Shown here: positions 7,617 through 20,000 of the stretch, in pieces | Position numbering within the stretch: position 1 is the stretch's first letter | Layout of the letters: each line of letters starts with the position of its first letter | Sequence record: OQ540978.1 | Source: Escherichia phage pEC-N1203-2Af.1 | Direction: 5' to 3' (one strand) | DNA length: 64,000 nt | Notes under the pieces: model-generated | The model's database searches: none | Seen by the model: the letters and a program-made list of their open reading frames with translations, nothing else | Told to the model about the DNA's origin: nothing | Translations under genes and position numbers: made by a program

Positions 7617-9308
7617 GTGAGCAACCCGGACGCTCTCCCATTTTTGACAGAGATGACTGTCGCTGATATAATCTCTAAGCAAGCGAAGCACGGAGTGAGT
7701 TTCAACCGAAGAAATGCTCGGTGGTATGTTCACCTCCTTAAAGAGATTATTGTTAATATTGACAAAGAACTGATTCCTCTCTTACCTAAGATGAGATTAG
7801 ATGGCTCTACTTATATGAAGCCATTTAAGAAGTCTGGAGCTTTACAGAAGTGGCCTCAAGCCTATTGTGATAGGGTTGGCCTTAAGAGGGAAGATATTGG
7901 TGGAGCATTCACCTGTGTTGAGTACGTAGACTTTGACCCATCGAAAGATGCACGAGTTAAAGAAGCCCTTATGGATGAGGGTTTTCTTCCTCCAGAGTTT
8001 AACGTATCAAAGAAACCTTGGAATACTTTTGAAATCAAGAAAGATATAAGAAAGTATGGAACATATCAAGCGTGGTATTCAGCTTGGATACAAGGTAATG
8101 CTAAAAAGAAACAGACAGCCGAGATGGTTGACGCTGATATTAGGAAGTTCTTAGAGAAGCATTTTCGGTTTAAAACTAAGAACTACATGAAGGCTTATGT
8201 ATTTGGTTTAGGTTTAAATCCTAACCGACGTAGACCTATCACTTTTGATGAGATTAAGATAGCACTAGCTACCTCAAACAAGTGGCCTACAGCTCCTACA
8301 AACCTCGAGGAGACTCTTGAAGAAGGATTAGGGGGTGAGCTAGGGAGTGTCGGAAGTTTGCTTAAGAGACGCGTTGTAGCGGCTCACAGGCTAGGTCTTA
8401 TTAGTGGACTTATAGCAAAGGAGCGCGAAGATGGTAAACTTTCGGCAGAAGCTAACAGCTGCGCTACGCCGACTTTTCGATTCAAACATCGTATCGTGGT
8501 TAATATTCCCTCCCGTGGTTTGTTTGGTCATGAGTGTCGCAGTTTGTTTGAATCTGACTGTAACTCAGATGATGATCACTCTCGTCCTTTCGTTATTACT
8601 AACGTTGTTCCTGATGGTTGTTATATACGAAAAGGTACTAACGTAATTTATGAGAAAGGTAAGCCGGGGAAGAAAGACAAACCTGTAGGTGCTTACAAAT
8701 ATTACATACCCGCTGGTAAAGAAGTATTCTTAGGGTATGATGGTTCTGGATTAGAATTGCGTATGCTTGCACACTACCTCATTAAAGAGTGTAGGGATAT
8801 GCTTGCTGAAGCAATCGAAGAGAATAATCCAGCTAAGAAAGCTCTGGCAGAGCGTGGTTTAGCTTCTGCTATTATGTATCGTGATATTCTCCTTGAAGGT
8901 GATATCCACTCCCACAACCAGAAACTTGCTGGTCTTCCTACTCGTGACAACGCTAAGACGTTTATCTACGCATTCAACTATGGTGCTGGTGATGCTAAGC
9001 TCGGTTCAATTGTAGGTGGTGGGGCTGACGAAGGTTCAGTGATGCGAGCACGTTTCTTGGCAGAGAACCCATGTATTGCAATCCTCATTGATCGTATGAC
9101 AGAGAAAGCTGCTCAAGGGTACTTGATTGGTGTTGATGGTCGTAAGATTACAATGAGACGAGATGCCACTGGTAAAGTTATGGTTCATAAAGCACTTAAC
9201 ACTCTCCTGCAATGTGCTGGTGCTGTTGTTATGAAATATGCTATGATGTTCCTTAACAAGTGGATTGAGAAGGATAGAGTTCGCTGTGCTAAGGTAATTG
9301 ACATGCAT
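7617..9308 (+). CDS. DNA polymerase, family A, exon 1 (ends inside motif C)
   Basis: GTG start after AAGGAG; motif A GYDGSGLELRMLAHY, motif B RDNAKTFIYAFNYGAG; frame continues ...VIDMH then runs into intron. Confidence 0.75.
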
Positions 9309-9915
9309 AAACTTCATTGTGCATGTAAAAGTTGGTGAACTCGGTGAAACCCGACCATTAAGTTGAGGGCAATACCGAGCTAAGCTATTAGGAGGTGATA
9401 TGGCTAAGAAAGATCTAGTGCTAGAAACAACTAGCACAGGATGTATCATCCCTATCTCACACAAATTAAATAAAGATGGCTACTTTCGAAAAGTGATAAA
9501 TGGCAAATGGGTCATGTATCATAGGTATGTCATGGAAGAGAAGTTTGGAAGTATTCCTGACGGCTACGAAGTTAATCACAAATGCAAGAATAGGGCATGT
9601 TGTAACACTGATCATCTAGAGATATTAGAAGGTAGTGCACATGCCATAGAATCAAATACTGGTAGAAACAGAGAAAGACAGGATGCTGCTAAAGAGTTCT
9701 GGCTTAATAATGAATGTACTGGTGTTGCTCTTGCAGAAAGATTTGGTGTGAGCTTTGGAATCGCTTGTAGATGGATTCGAAAGTGGAAAGTGTAGAGACT
9801 ATCCTGCGGGAGTAGGGGGTTAACAGGGAAACCCTCGAAGCGCCAACAACAGCAAATTAGCTATGCTGTTATGATATAGTCCGATACCCGAAGTAATTTG
9901 GGAATAACATAAATG
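9309..9915 (+). mobile_element. group I intron carrying an HNH homing endonuclease ORF
   Basis: Exon 1 ends in T; exon ATGCAT (9303-9308) can pair with intron GTGCAT (9319-9324) giving a U-G pair at the splice site; intron ends in G at 9915; joined exons read MHDEGQF. Confidence 0.7.
9400..9795 (+). CDS. HNH homing endonuclease (intron-encoded)
   Basis: GYEVNHKCKNRACCNTDHLE; lies wholly inside the proposed intron. Confidence 0.7.
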   Translation: MAKKDLVLETTSTGCIIPISHKLNKDGYFRKVINGKWVMYHRYVMEEKFGSIPDGYEVNHKCKNRACCNTDHLEILEGSAHAIESNTGRNRERQDAAKEFWLNNECTGVALAERFGVSFGIACRWIRKWKV

Positions 9916-10068
9916 GATGAGGGCCAGTTCTCAGTGAACCGTAACGATGTACAGAAACTCAAAGAACACACTGAGCTTTGCGTTAAGAAAGCTGGTGAGT
10001 ATTTGAACATGGAATGTCCTCTGGCCTCTGATTGTCAGATTGGACTTAACTGGATGCATACACACTAA
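9916..10068 (+). CDS. DNA polymerase, family A, exon 2 (C-terminus)
   Basis: DEGQF...CQIGLNWMHTH resembles the Pol I C-terminus (HDE ... G.NW..AH); no start codon of its own. Confidence 0.7.
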   Translation, partial: DEGQFSVNRNDVQKLKEHTELCVKKAGEYLNMECPLASDCQIGLNWMHTH

Positions 10069-10137
10069 ATTCAGAACTGAAAGATTGAAACACAAATGAA
10101 CTAGTCTTATTGATTAGTTCATAATAAGGAGATTGAA

Positions 10138-10266
10138 GTGGAAGAGATGCCATCGGATTGGTGTTATCGTCAGAGCGCCATCTGTAATGAACAAGGACGT
10201 CCTGATGAAGCTGAGTTTTATTTAGAACTTGCTGAGCTGTGGAAAGAACGAGAGGAGAAAGAGTGA
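10138..10266 (+). CDS. hypothetical small protein
   Basis: GTG start 7 nt after AAGGAG; 42 aa. Confidence 0.3.
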   Translation: MEEMPSDWCYRQSAICNEQGRPDEAEFYLELAELWKEREEKE

Positions 10267-10433
10267 TGGAAAGTATCTACCGTAAGCCACCTCCGAAGTA
10301 TAACATCCTTTACACTGACGCAACAGGTGAATTTAGAAGTGTGTTAGTTTATACGGATGAAGAACGAAACCAAATGGTTGCTGCTATTGAAGCCAATGGC
10401 GGTACAATCATGCGAATTTATAACATAACATAA
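10266..10433 (+). CDS. hypothetical small protein
   Basis: ATG overlapping upstream stop (TGATG). Confidence 0.35.
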   Translation: MESIYRKPPPKYNILYTDATGEFRSVLVYTDEERNQMVAAIEANGGTIMRIYNIT

Positions 10434-10442
10434 GGAATATCA

Positions 10443-10619
10443 ATGACTGCTTCTGAATTAAAAGAAACCCTGTCCACTGAAGAAGGTAAAGCTTTCTTCC
10501 TATCTCAAGTACACTCTATGGGTAAAGATGCCCTTCGCCAAGCAGTCGTTGAGCTTACTGGTGTAGTGATTGACTTGAGTATCGAAAATGAAGCACTTGA
10601 AGCTAAAGTGAATAGTTAA
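10443..10619 (+). CDS. hypothetical small protein
   Basis: 58-aa ORF translated by hand; AAGGA upstream. Confidence 0.35.
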   Translation: MTASELKETLSTEEGKAFFLSQVHSMGKDALRQAVVELTGVVIDLSIENEALEAKVNS

Positions 10620-10625
10620 ATAAAA

Positions 10626-10649
10626 AGCTGCCTTAGGGCGGCTTTTCTT
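10626..10649 (+). terminator. rho-independent terminator
   Basis: AGCTGCC-TTAG-GGCGGCT then TTTTCTT. Confidence 0.55.
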
Positions 10650-10665
10650 GTCTAAAGGACTTGAC

Positions 10666-11058
10666 ATGAATATTGGTTTAGATTATGATGACACTTACAC
10701 CTCAGATAAGGAGCTGTGGCGCTCTGTGGTGGCATTAATGCAAGCCAAAGGTTATGATGTACGTTTTGTAACTTATCGCTTTGCAGAGCCTAATGGGTAC
10801 GATAATCACGACATTAAGATTGATGCAGAGTGTTTGCAGATTCCTATCATCTTTTGCAATGGTGTTCAGAAAGATGACGTATGTCGCCAGTTAGGTTTCT
10901 TTGTAGATATCTGGATTGACGACTTCCCTGTTGGAATCCCTAAGAAAGACCACCTAGATGGGATGCTGAAGGGTGTAAGACTTAATGACCTTAGGGCAGC
11001 ACCTCCTGTAGAAATAGCCGCTCCTGTGTACTCTGAAGAGCCTCTGGTGATTCGATGA
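10666..11058 (+). CDS. putative HAD-like hydrolase (possible nucleotidase)
   Basis: N-terminal GLDYDDTYT fits HAD motif I (DxDxT); start moved to ATG 10666. Confidence 0.4.
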   Translation: MNIGLDYDDTYTSDKELWRSVVALMQAKGYDVRFVTYRFAEPNGYDNHDIKIDAECLQIPIIFCNGVQKDDVCRQLGFFVDIWIDDFPVGIPKKDHLDGMLKGVRLNDLRAAPPVEIAAPVYSEEPLVIR

Positions 11059-11222
11059 AGAAATATAGTGTATGGTTTAATGAAGTAGAAGAAGGTTTTG
11101 ATGAAGTTGGTGGATGGGTTAATATCCTAAACACTGACGATATAGAAGAGGCCGAGAAGTGCGCCCTAAACTACAACTCTGGATATTATGAAAGAAATTG
11201 GGAATACGAGGAAATTAAATGA
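11055..11222 (+). CDS. hypothetical small protein
   Basis: 55-aa ORF translated by hand; overlaps upstream stop. Confidence 0.3.
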   Translation: MKKYSVWFNEVEEGFDEVGGWVNILNTDDIEEAEKCALNYNSGYYERNWEYEEIK

Positions 11223-11362
11223 TTTGGATTCACACCTATAAGATTGGAAAGAAAGAGATCACCGCTGTACATCACTCTGAAGAAAGTGCAAATGCTTCTC
11301 AGGAAGTATTGAAAGGTGAAGTTAAAGTGTACGCTGAAGTTAAAGCTAAATCTTGGAGCTAA
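11219..11362 (+). CDS. hypothetical small protein
   Basis: 47-aa ORF with ATGA overlap. Confidence 0.3.
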   Translation: MIWIHTYKIGKKEITAVHHSEESANASQEVLKGEVKVYAEVKAKSWS

Positions 11363-11373
11363 GGAGATGTAGA

Positions 11374-11568
11374 ATGATTAGTAAAATGCTAGGAGATAAC
11401 CCTTTCTGGTCGGTTGATACAGATAAACTCGATGAAGGCATGATGATCGATTTTGATGATTTATTAGAACTACAGAAAGTGGTGAATCAATTAGTCTCTG
11501 ACGAACAGAGTCGTTTGTTACAGGAATCTCTCAGTGGAGACTTTGAATGTCTAGGATGTACTATTTAA
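11374..11568 (+). CDS. hypothetical protein
   Basis: Start moved to ATG 11374 (AAGGAG 8 nt upstream). Confidence 0.4.
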   Translation: MISKMLGDNPFWSVDTDKLDEGMMIDFDDLLELQKVVNQLVSDEQSRLLQESLSGDFECLGCTI

Positions 11569-12079
11569 CTCTGAAGAAAAGAACAAGATCTCATTATTTA
11601 AAGAACCTGTAGTTTATAAAGACTTTATCAGAGACCAATATAATGAGATGTTAAAGAAGCAAGCTGATTCTAATCTTCGTTATCAGCGAATAGTAGAACA
11701 AAATAACTTTAAAGGTTTACTTGAATGGTAACTTATATACTTTACTTTTTAGCTTTCTTAGGAATAATCTTTTTATCTATTATTCTTGAATTTGGTTTAA
11801 GTAAGTTAGTTAATTATTTAGGTAGTAAGTAATTAATATTCTTTTAAATAGAGAATCAAAGTCCCTAGGAGTCCCTACAACCTAAATCAAGGATTCCTTA
11901 ATTCTCTATTTTTATCTCGCAGGTGGCTCCTGCCCTTCGGTACTTGCAAGGGATTCTGTGAATTGCCCAATATACAAGCCTGCAATAACTTTATCAGCTA
12001 TACAATATATACATTACTAGTGTGTTATATCTACTACCAAAGATACTTATATTATATAGTACTCTTATCGGTATAAGCG

Positions 12080-12088
12080 TAATGTATA
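12080..12088 (+). promoter_or_regulatory. candidate phage-sigma promoter motif TAATGTATA
   Basis: Exact TAATGTATA 60 nt upstream of the ATG at 12148 in a 400-bp non-coding region. Confidence 0.4.
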
Positions 12089-12147
12089 CTATACATAACC
12101 GCTCAAAGAGAGCAACAATCTTTCAAATTAAATAAGGAAATTAAAAT

Positions 12148-12894
12148 ATGTCTATGATTCCAACTATCGCAACTTCTTCCCGTAAATCCAACTACGACAT
12201 TATCCCTGATGGTGAATATGAAGCACGTATCGTTCGTGTAGTAGGCTTGGGTGTTCACAATCGTGACCCTTGGATTGACCCGAAGACCAAAGCAGTAACT
12301 CCTAAGAATCCAGCTTTCCGTATGGATTTGGCTTTCGAGCTGATTGGTGTTGATGCTACTGGTAAAGATTCCGATGGTAAGGCATTAGAGCCACGTCCTG
12401 CTTGCCAGTTCAAGAGTTATGACGTAAACCCACGAGCTAAGAACTCTGGTATCCTTGATCTCTGCAAGATGATTGATCCAAGCATTCAAGCACTGAAAGG
12501 TGATCTGTCTTGGTTTAAGGATGTGCTGTTAGGTCAGCCTGTTAACATTCTGGTTAACTCTTATACTAACAAAGCTGGTGAAGTTAAAAACTCCATCAAA
12601 ACCATTTCTCCAATCCCAACCAAATATCGTGCAGCAGTTGGTGAAGCTCGTAGTCCTCTGGTATTCTTCGAACCATACGCGGAAACCGATGAGAACGTAG
12701 CATCCTATCAACTGATGTTCCCGTTCCAGCGCAACCTGCTTACTCAAGCTAATGACGCTAAGAACATGCCTCTGGCTGGTCGTGAAATTACTCGTGCTTC
12801 TGAAACAGAACAGAAAGAAGCTACTCCTTCAATCCCTACGATTGATAAAGAGCCTGCTTCTACTTATGAAGATGACGACTCTAGCCCGTTCTGA
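12148..12894 (+). CDS. putative single-stranded DNA-binding protein
   Basis: Acidic C-terminal tail YEDDDSSPF resembling the SSB DDDIPF tail; strong RBS; T-rich codon third positions. Confidence 0.45.
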   Translation: MSMIPTIATSSRKSNYDIIPDGEYEARIVRVVGLGVHNRDPWIDPKTKAVTPKNPAFRMDLAFELIGVDATGKDSDGKALEPRPACQFKSYDVNPRAKNSGILDLCKMIDPSIQALKGDLSWFKDVLLGQPVNILVNSYTNKAGEVKNSIKTISPIPTKYRAAVGEARSPLVFFEPYAETDENVASYQLMFPFQRNLLTQANDAKNMPLAGREITRASETEQKEATPSIPTIDKEPASTYEDDDSSPF

Positions 12895-12915
12895 TAACTC
12901 TCCTTGTTATAGCTT

Positions 12916-12939
12916 AGCCACCTTCGGGTGGCTTTTTTC
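12916..12939 (+). terminator. rho-independent terminator
   Basis: AGCCACC-TTCG-GGTGGCT then TTTTTT. Confidence 0.7.
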
Positions 12940-12951
12940 GTTGGAGACAAC

Positions 12952-13302
12952 ATGCAAAACACGTTAAGCGATAACCTAGGGTTTGTTATCTTTTCTGCTC
13001 TGGTATTCTTTGGTGGTATGAAGTTTAATGAGTATCGGACAGATAGTAACAATCTAGATAAAGAAAAGCATCAACAAGAGTTAGAAATAGAAAGAAGTAA
13101 AGCAGCTGATGAAGTTGCTCAGAGAGTTCTTACCGGTTTATCCAACTGGAAGAAGAACACGGAAACCGTTTATAAAGAGATGCATTATGAGAAAACTAAA
13201 CCAGTTTTTTATAATGTCTGCGCTAGTGATGACTACATCCGCATGTTCAACGAGCGACAGCAGCAGGCAATCAATGCCCTTACCAACAAACCTAAAAGCT
13301 GA
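12952..13302 (+). CDS. i-spanin (Rz-like)
   Basis: N-terminal TM helix LGFVIFSALVFFGGM followed by charged helical/coiled-coil region; contains an embedded out-of-frame lipoprotein gene. Confidence 0.55.
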   Translation: MQNTLSDNLGFVIFSALVFFGGMKFNEYRTDSNNLDKEKHQQELEIERSKAADEVAQRVLTGLSNWKKNTETVYKEMHYEKTKPVFYNVCASDDYIRMFNERQQQAINALTNKPKS

Positions 13303-13446
13303 ATGTAGGGTTGACCTACCTCTTTTAGAGAGTGCTCAAGGAAAGGCACTAGCCACTACGTTGGAGTGGTATCAGGACCAGTACACAGAATGTGCTGCTA
13401 ATCACAATGGATTGTTAGAAGCTCTGAAAGAGCGTGGAATAGAGTA

Positions 13447-13447
<1 letters not shown>
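13187..13447 (+). CDS. o-spanin (Rz1-like lipoprotein), overlapped architecture
   Basis: Lipoprotein-type signal peptide MRKLNQFFIMSALVMTTSAC, Pro-rich mature region, C-terminal Cys; starts inside the i-spanin gene and extends past it. Confidence 0.5.
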
Positions 13448-14933
<1,486 letters not shown>

Positions 14934-14943
<10 letters not shown>

Positions 14944-15209
14944 GAAGCCCAGCTTTAGATGTTATGGTCGGTGGTGCACATTACGGACCTGATAGTAAGA
15001 AGATTCAACCTGTTGAGTTCTACCACGCAAACCCTCAGTTGAACTTTCAACAAACTAACATGATCAAATATGCCTATCGACACAAAGAAAAGAATAAGGC
15101 TCAGGATTTGTTGAAGGTTGTTCACTATGCTCTTCTTGAGTGTGGGTTTGAATATCCTGAAGAGTATGATAACTTCCGAGATGAAATTCGTAAACTGTTA
15201 GGAGAATAA
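14934..15209 (+). CDS. DUF3310-like protein
   Basis: GGAHYG...QPVEF...NMIKYAYRHKEK...DLLKVVHYALL fits the recalled DUF3310 pattern. Confidence 0.45.
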
Positions 15210-15210
15210 T

Positions 15211-16029
15211 ATGGAAGACGTTAAGCTCCCTGAAGTAGCTATAGTGGATGCTGACGTTCTTCGATATGAAGTGGGTGCTCTTACTCAGGAGCATCCCTTC
15301 CTTGACACAGGACGTGTTCCAGTTGATTACAATTTCATGATTGAACGACTTCAGTACAAGATAGATACTATCATAGCTCAATCAGGTTGCAGTAAGGTTG
15401 TATTCTACTTCAGCGAAGGTGGTAACTTCCGTTTCGATGTTGCTAAGCAGCAAGACTACAAGGCAAATAGACCTCCCGGAGAAAGGCCTTTTCACTGGCA
15501 AAATGTTGGCGATTACATTAAAGGTAAATATGAATACATAGATGTATTTGGGAGAGAGGCTGATGATGCACTAGCTGAAAGGCAACGTAGGGATAAGAAC
15601 ACTATCATCTGTACTAGAGACAAGGATTTGTTGATAACCCCCGGATGGCATTACCGTTGGGCTTGTGGAGAAAGGCAGAAAGAGGTTCCTCCTCACTATG
15701 TATCTGACTTAGTTTCATGGCAAAACTTCTTCTATCAGATGTTGATTGGAGATGGTACAGATAATATCCCCGGATGTGGAGAACGTAAAGAAGTTATGTG
15801 GGGTGGTAAGCTCCAGCTTCGACGTCAAGGAATAGGGAAGAAAGCAGCAGCTAAGTTGTTGGCTGGTGTTACAGACAAGTGGACCATGTATCATATAGTA
15901 CGAATGGAATATTATAAGAAGTTCGATACTGAAGATGAAGAGAAGATGCTTGAGAATGCTCGGCTGCTCTTTGTTGGTCAGACTCCGGAAGACCTGTTCG
16001 ACTGGACATGGTTAAACAAATCTTGGTAA
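15211..16029 (+). CDS. 5'-3' exonuclease / flap endonuclease (FEN family)
   Basis: YKANRPP, GREADDALAE and GDGTDNIPGCG resemble FEN-family motifs. Confidence 0.65.
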   Translation: MEDVKLPEVAIVDADVLRYEVGALTQEHPFLDTGRVPVDYNFMIERLQYKIDTIIAQSGCSKVVFYFSEGGNFRFDVAKQQDYKANRPPGERPFHWQNVGDYIKGKYEYIDVFGREADDALAERQRRDKNTIICTRDKDLLITPGWHYRWACGERQKEVPPHYVSDLVSWQNFFYQMLIGDGTDNIPGCGERKEVMWGGKLQLRRQGIGKKAAAKLLAGVTDKWTMYHIVRMEYYKKFDTEDEEKMLENARLLFVGQTPEDLFDWTWLNKSW

Positions 16030-16042
16030 TAAGGATATTATA

Positions 16043-16222
16043 ATGGGTAAATTTGATTATCGTTCATATGATGAAAACTCCTCCAATCGTGAATCTCGTA
16101 AGGAGCAGCGCATTAAGTATAGCCATGAATTAGGAAGTCGCTATATTAAAGAAAAGCGTGAAAAAGTATCACATCGAGTAGGTAAGCGCGTATGGGAAGA
16201 AGCTGATTATGGCGAAGTCTGA
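16043..16222 (+). CDS. hypothetical small basic protein
   Basis: 59-aa ORF translated by hand. Confidence 0.3.
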   Translation: MGKFDYRSYDENSSNRESRKEQRIKYSHELGSRYIKEKREKVSHRVGKRVWEEADYGEV

Positions 16223-16610
16223 GAAGACTAGATGCTCCGGCATGTGGACTGAGGCCCGTTATAATTCTTTCATCAAGTCAGGGATTCGTTCTCTGACTAG
16301 AAAGTGGAAGCCCATGTTCGATGCACTAGCAGACGCCAAGACAGAGCAGAAGATTAATCCAAAGACAGGAAGACTGGCAATGCACTTTAAGTGTGCCATG
16401 TGTGGTTCTGACCACCCTGTAAAGGATATGGCTATTGACCACATAGATCCTATAGTTCCTCTTGACCACGAAGCAACTTGGGATGAAATTATCTCTCGTG
16501 CTCTGTGTGAGAAAGAAGGTTTTCAGGTTCTGTGTAAAGACCCTTGTCATAAGATTAAAACAAAAGAAGAGAATGATGCAAGAAAACAATTCAAAAAAGG
16601 AAATGAGTGA
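16209..16610 (+). CDS. HNH nuclease domain protein
   Basis: CAMCGSDHPVKDMAIDHIDP...LCKDPCHKIKT. Confidence 0.65.
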   Translation: MAKSEKTRCSGMWTEARYNSFIKSGIRSLTRKWKPMFDALADAKTEQKINPKTGRLAMHFKCAMCGSDHPVKDMAIDHIDPIVPLDHEATWDEIISRALCEKEGFQVLCKDPCHKIKTKEENDARKQFKKGNE

Positions 16611-16830
16611 TGATCAAAAATCTACGCAACAAGTGCTTCGCTTTCGCTATCGCAATTGGAGAGGCGAGGTTGCTGACCGGTCCGTTATTCCACTCCGAAC
16701 CTCCGTTGCTAGCTCCCGTTTTCATAACGGTGGCAAACCTTGTTGGATTATGACAGCGATAGATATAGAGAAAGATGAGATTCGAGAGTTCAAACTCTCT
16801 GACATTATTCAGTATTACGATTTAATCTAG
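16603..16830 (+). CDS. hypothetical protein
   Basis: Start moved to ATG 16603 overlapping the HNH stop; alternative ATG at 16573. Confidence 0.35.
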   Translation: MSDDQKSTQQVLRFRYRNWRGEVADRSVIPLRTSVASSRFHNGGKPCWIMTAIDIEKDEIREFKLSDIIQYYDLI

Positions 16831-16838
16831 GAACTGAA

Positions 16839-17000
16839 ATGATCACACAAGCAGATAAAAATAAACTCTTTGACTTAATCCACGATCTATTAGAAGCTCA
16901 AGGCTTCATTGACCATGCAGATACTTGGGACATGGAAGCAGCTGGAAAAGCTTTTGATGATAGTGAAGAACGTCTGATTAATTTCATCAATAACCTCTAG
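16839..17000 (+). CDS. hypothetical small acidic protein
   Basis: 53-aa ORF translated by hand. Confidence 0.3.
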   Translation: MITQADKNKLFDLIHDLLEAQGFIDHADTWDMEAAGKAFDDSEERLINFINNL

Positions 17001-17006
17001 AAATAA

Positions 17007-17046
17007 TAAAGCCCCCTTGGATTTCTCCTTGGGGGCTTTTCTTTTA
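17007..17046. terminator. bidirectional terminator between convergent + and - gene blocks
   Basis: AAGCCCCC...GGGGGCTT stem flanked by T-runs on both strands. Confidence 0.6.
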
Positions 17047-20000
17047 TCACTCCTTAGGTCGAACTCTTACACGGAGTCTCGATTGACGCTTACTGCGTTC
17101 AAGCTTCTCTGACAATGAGCCACGTTTAATCTTCGGCTTCCCTTCGTCATTAAACTTCTCCAAGAACTTCAAGTACTCAGTACGATTCGTTGTCTTGTAA
17201 GAAGGAATCTTAATATCAGGGTTCTCTTCAATTACACGTCTCATCTTCGCTACATCATCCCTACCAAGCAACTTACTCTTAGCCTGTTCAGCTGTAGAAC
17301 CAAAGATCTTCTCCAATGCTCTAGATTTGTTACCACCTGCGGAAGAAGCACCAAGTTTAGCAATAGCAGAGTAATCATCAGCACTAAACCAAGCTACCGG
17401 ATTATCGCCATACTTCTTCTTGTTTTCAGCAGCAGTCTGCAATGCACGTACAAAGCGACGGTTGTTACCAGCCTTGTCTGCACCATGAACCCTGTCTAAA
17501 ACTTCAGCCACACTAGCTAACTCGTCCAAGCTCTTCCCGCTTAAGAAAGCTTTCTCTACTTTATCAGCAAAGACTTCTTCCTGCTGTTTGATACTTTCCA
17601 AGATATCAGAATTTGCTTGAGATTTTTCATCGTCAGGCAGAGCAGAACGAATCTTCTCCATCTCCAACTCTTCCTCTTGCAGTTTCTTAATATCAGAGTC
17701 AACCTTCTGAGCCTCCTCAACAGCCTTCCTAGTATCCGCATCCAAGTTATCAAGCTTACCTTCAGTATCTCCAGTAATCTTAACAATCTCTTTCTCGATA
17801 GGGGTCATTGATTCGTACTTCTTAGCAAACTTCTCAACATCAGCTTCGATACGAGAACGAGCATTCTGATGTTCAGTAGGAGTCATAGGCTTATCAAGAA
17901 GTGCATAACGGTTATCCATGTAGGAACCAGCAAATGCTTCAGCATCCTCTTTAGATATGCCTTTATCTTCCAAAGTATGCATCAGGCGACGATGAATGTC
18001 GTCACGTTGACGTTGTACTGCCATGAGATCATTCTCACGCTTCTGAGCCGCTTTAAGCTCTTCACTGCGTTTAACTCTTTTGTCTATATCAAATTTACGG
18101 TCCATCTCTTCCGCTTGCTCATACATCTTATTCCACTTAGCCTGACGAGCATCCTCCTCTGCGTCAGTTAAACGACGCTGACGATCAAGGTAATCTGACT
18201 CGGCGTTATGGATACGTTCAATGTAACTACGGAACTTCTCTGGAGGAACTGGAGAGTTCTTATCGTGGTGAGCAGCCAACTGTTTCAATGTACGAGATTC
18301 CTGAGCCTCACGAACAGGTTTAGGTAAACCTTCCATCATCTTCTCAATCTCACTCTTCTGAGCTGCAATAGCCTCTAGAGTTTTACGTTCATTCTCAACA
18401 GCAGCTTTAGCATCTGAACGAGCCTGTGCCCTATTTCTCAGAGTAGCAAGACGTTCTTCACGAGCCTGCAAGTGTTTAGCAGCAGCTTCGTATTGAGAGT
18501 TCTTGTTAGCTTTGTTGAAGGCATTCACTTCTCTGTTATAAGTGTTAATAAACCCATCCCAAATATCCTTCATCTGACCAACTTCCAAAGCCTCTTCCCT
18601 ACCAGCTTTCTCTGAAGATTTAAACTTCCCATCTACAAAGTCATTCATCAGCCTACGCATAGCATCTTTCTGAGCAGGACGTAAAGGTTCAGAATCAATC
18701 AAAGTATCAATCTCAGACTGAAGCTCTTTCTTCTGGTCAACCAGTTTAGGAGCATCCTTCTTATCGAAAGCTTTGTTCTCTTCCAGAGCTTCTTGATACA
18801 GTCTATCAAACTCAGCCTCACGTTGCTTCTGGTACAATCTTTCAGATCTACGTTTCAGGCTTTCCAAGTTAGTTACGTTCCCACCTAAACCACTCTCTTC
18901 AGCACGTAATGCCTTAGTAGCAATATCTTCTGGCAGACCACGTTCTTTAACCCATTCAGCAAACTCAGATCGTACAGCGTTGTTCTTAGCAGTAGCAATA
19001 CCTTTCTGAGTAGCTCTCTGATTACGAGCCATTTCTTCATGACGTTCAGTATTGATAGCATTATCTTCCCGACGAATACGACGCATCAACTCCAAAGGAT
19101 CGCCTTTGTAAGCTAAGAAGTTTTCAGCAGTAGCTTTAGCCTTAGCAGCATTAGAGTATAAGGATTTAGCAAAACGTGTTGCACGATCTTTAGCAACTTG
19201 ACGAGCAGTGCTTGACATAGCAGCTAGGTACTCTATACCGCTTTCCGGTTTAACCTCCTGTACTGCCTCCTCAGGAGCTTTAGGAGCACGAGCAGGTAAT
19301 GGCTCAGCTTTGACTGTTGGTTCCTCTACGGTTGGTTCTGGAGCCTGTGCGGCCTCTTCTTGAGCACGTTGCTGTTCCATTGCACGACGTTCCTCTAAAG
19401 GATTACGAGCAGGGAGAGGTTCAGCCTGTGGAGACTGTTCAACCGGAGCTTCTTGAGCAGCTGCCTCTTCTTCAGCACGACGCTGTTCAGCCTGACGAAT
19501 AGCACGTCTTTGCGCAACTAAATCGCGAGCTGTAAGAGGAGCTTCTTGAGGAGCAGAAGAAGGAAGATTTTCTTCCGTCACAGTACTAGAAGAAGGCTCC
19601 CGAACCGGTTCGGTTTCCACGTCATTTTGCGTCTTAAATTTAATGTCATCAACAACTGGCTCTTCTTCCATTTTATCACGAGCTTCATCAACAGTAGACT
19701 TAGCACGAGCAACTTCCAAATCACCACGAGCCAGAGAGCGGATAGCTTCACTGTTGGATTCTTGTTGCTTAACACGTTGAGATCGAGCACGCTGAGAAGA
19801 GAAGCGATTCAGAGCATATTTAGCAGCACCAAGTGTGTTCATAACCAGACTAGGAGAAGAAGTCTCACGGAAGCCATCATCAGTCAGGGAAGTCCAACCA
19901 CGGTCTTGATTGCTCATGAACTTAGCTGTGTTATTCAGAGTATAAGCGTCTTGGATAGGATTAAAACCTTCAGGCATACCTTTCAGTTTCTTCAACCCAC

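Noticed and set aside
11576-11735. Open frame continuing after the 11374-11568 gene
   Set aside because: No start codon near its 5' end; a frameshift extension cannot be supported without a slippery site.
12008-12016. TAATGTATA motif on the - strand in the 11,740-12,147 non-coding region
   Set aside because: No - strand gene lies downstream; probably a chance reverse occurrence, though an antisense transcript is not excluded.
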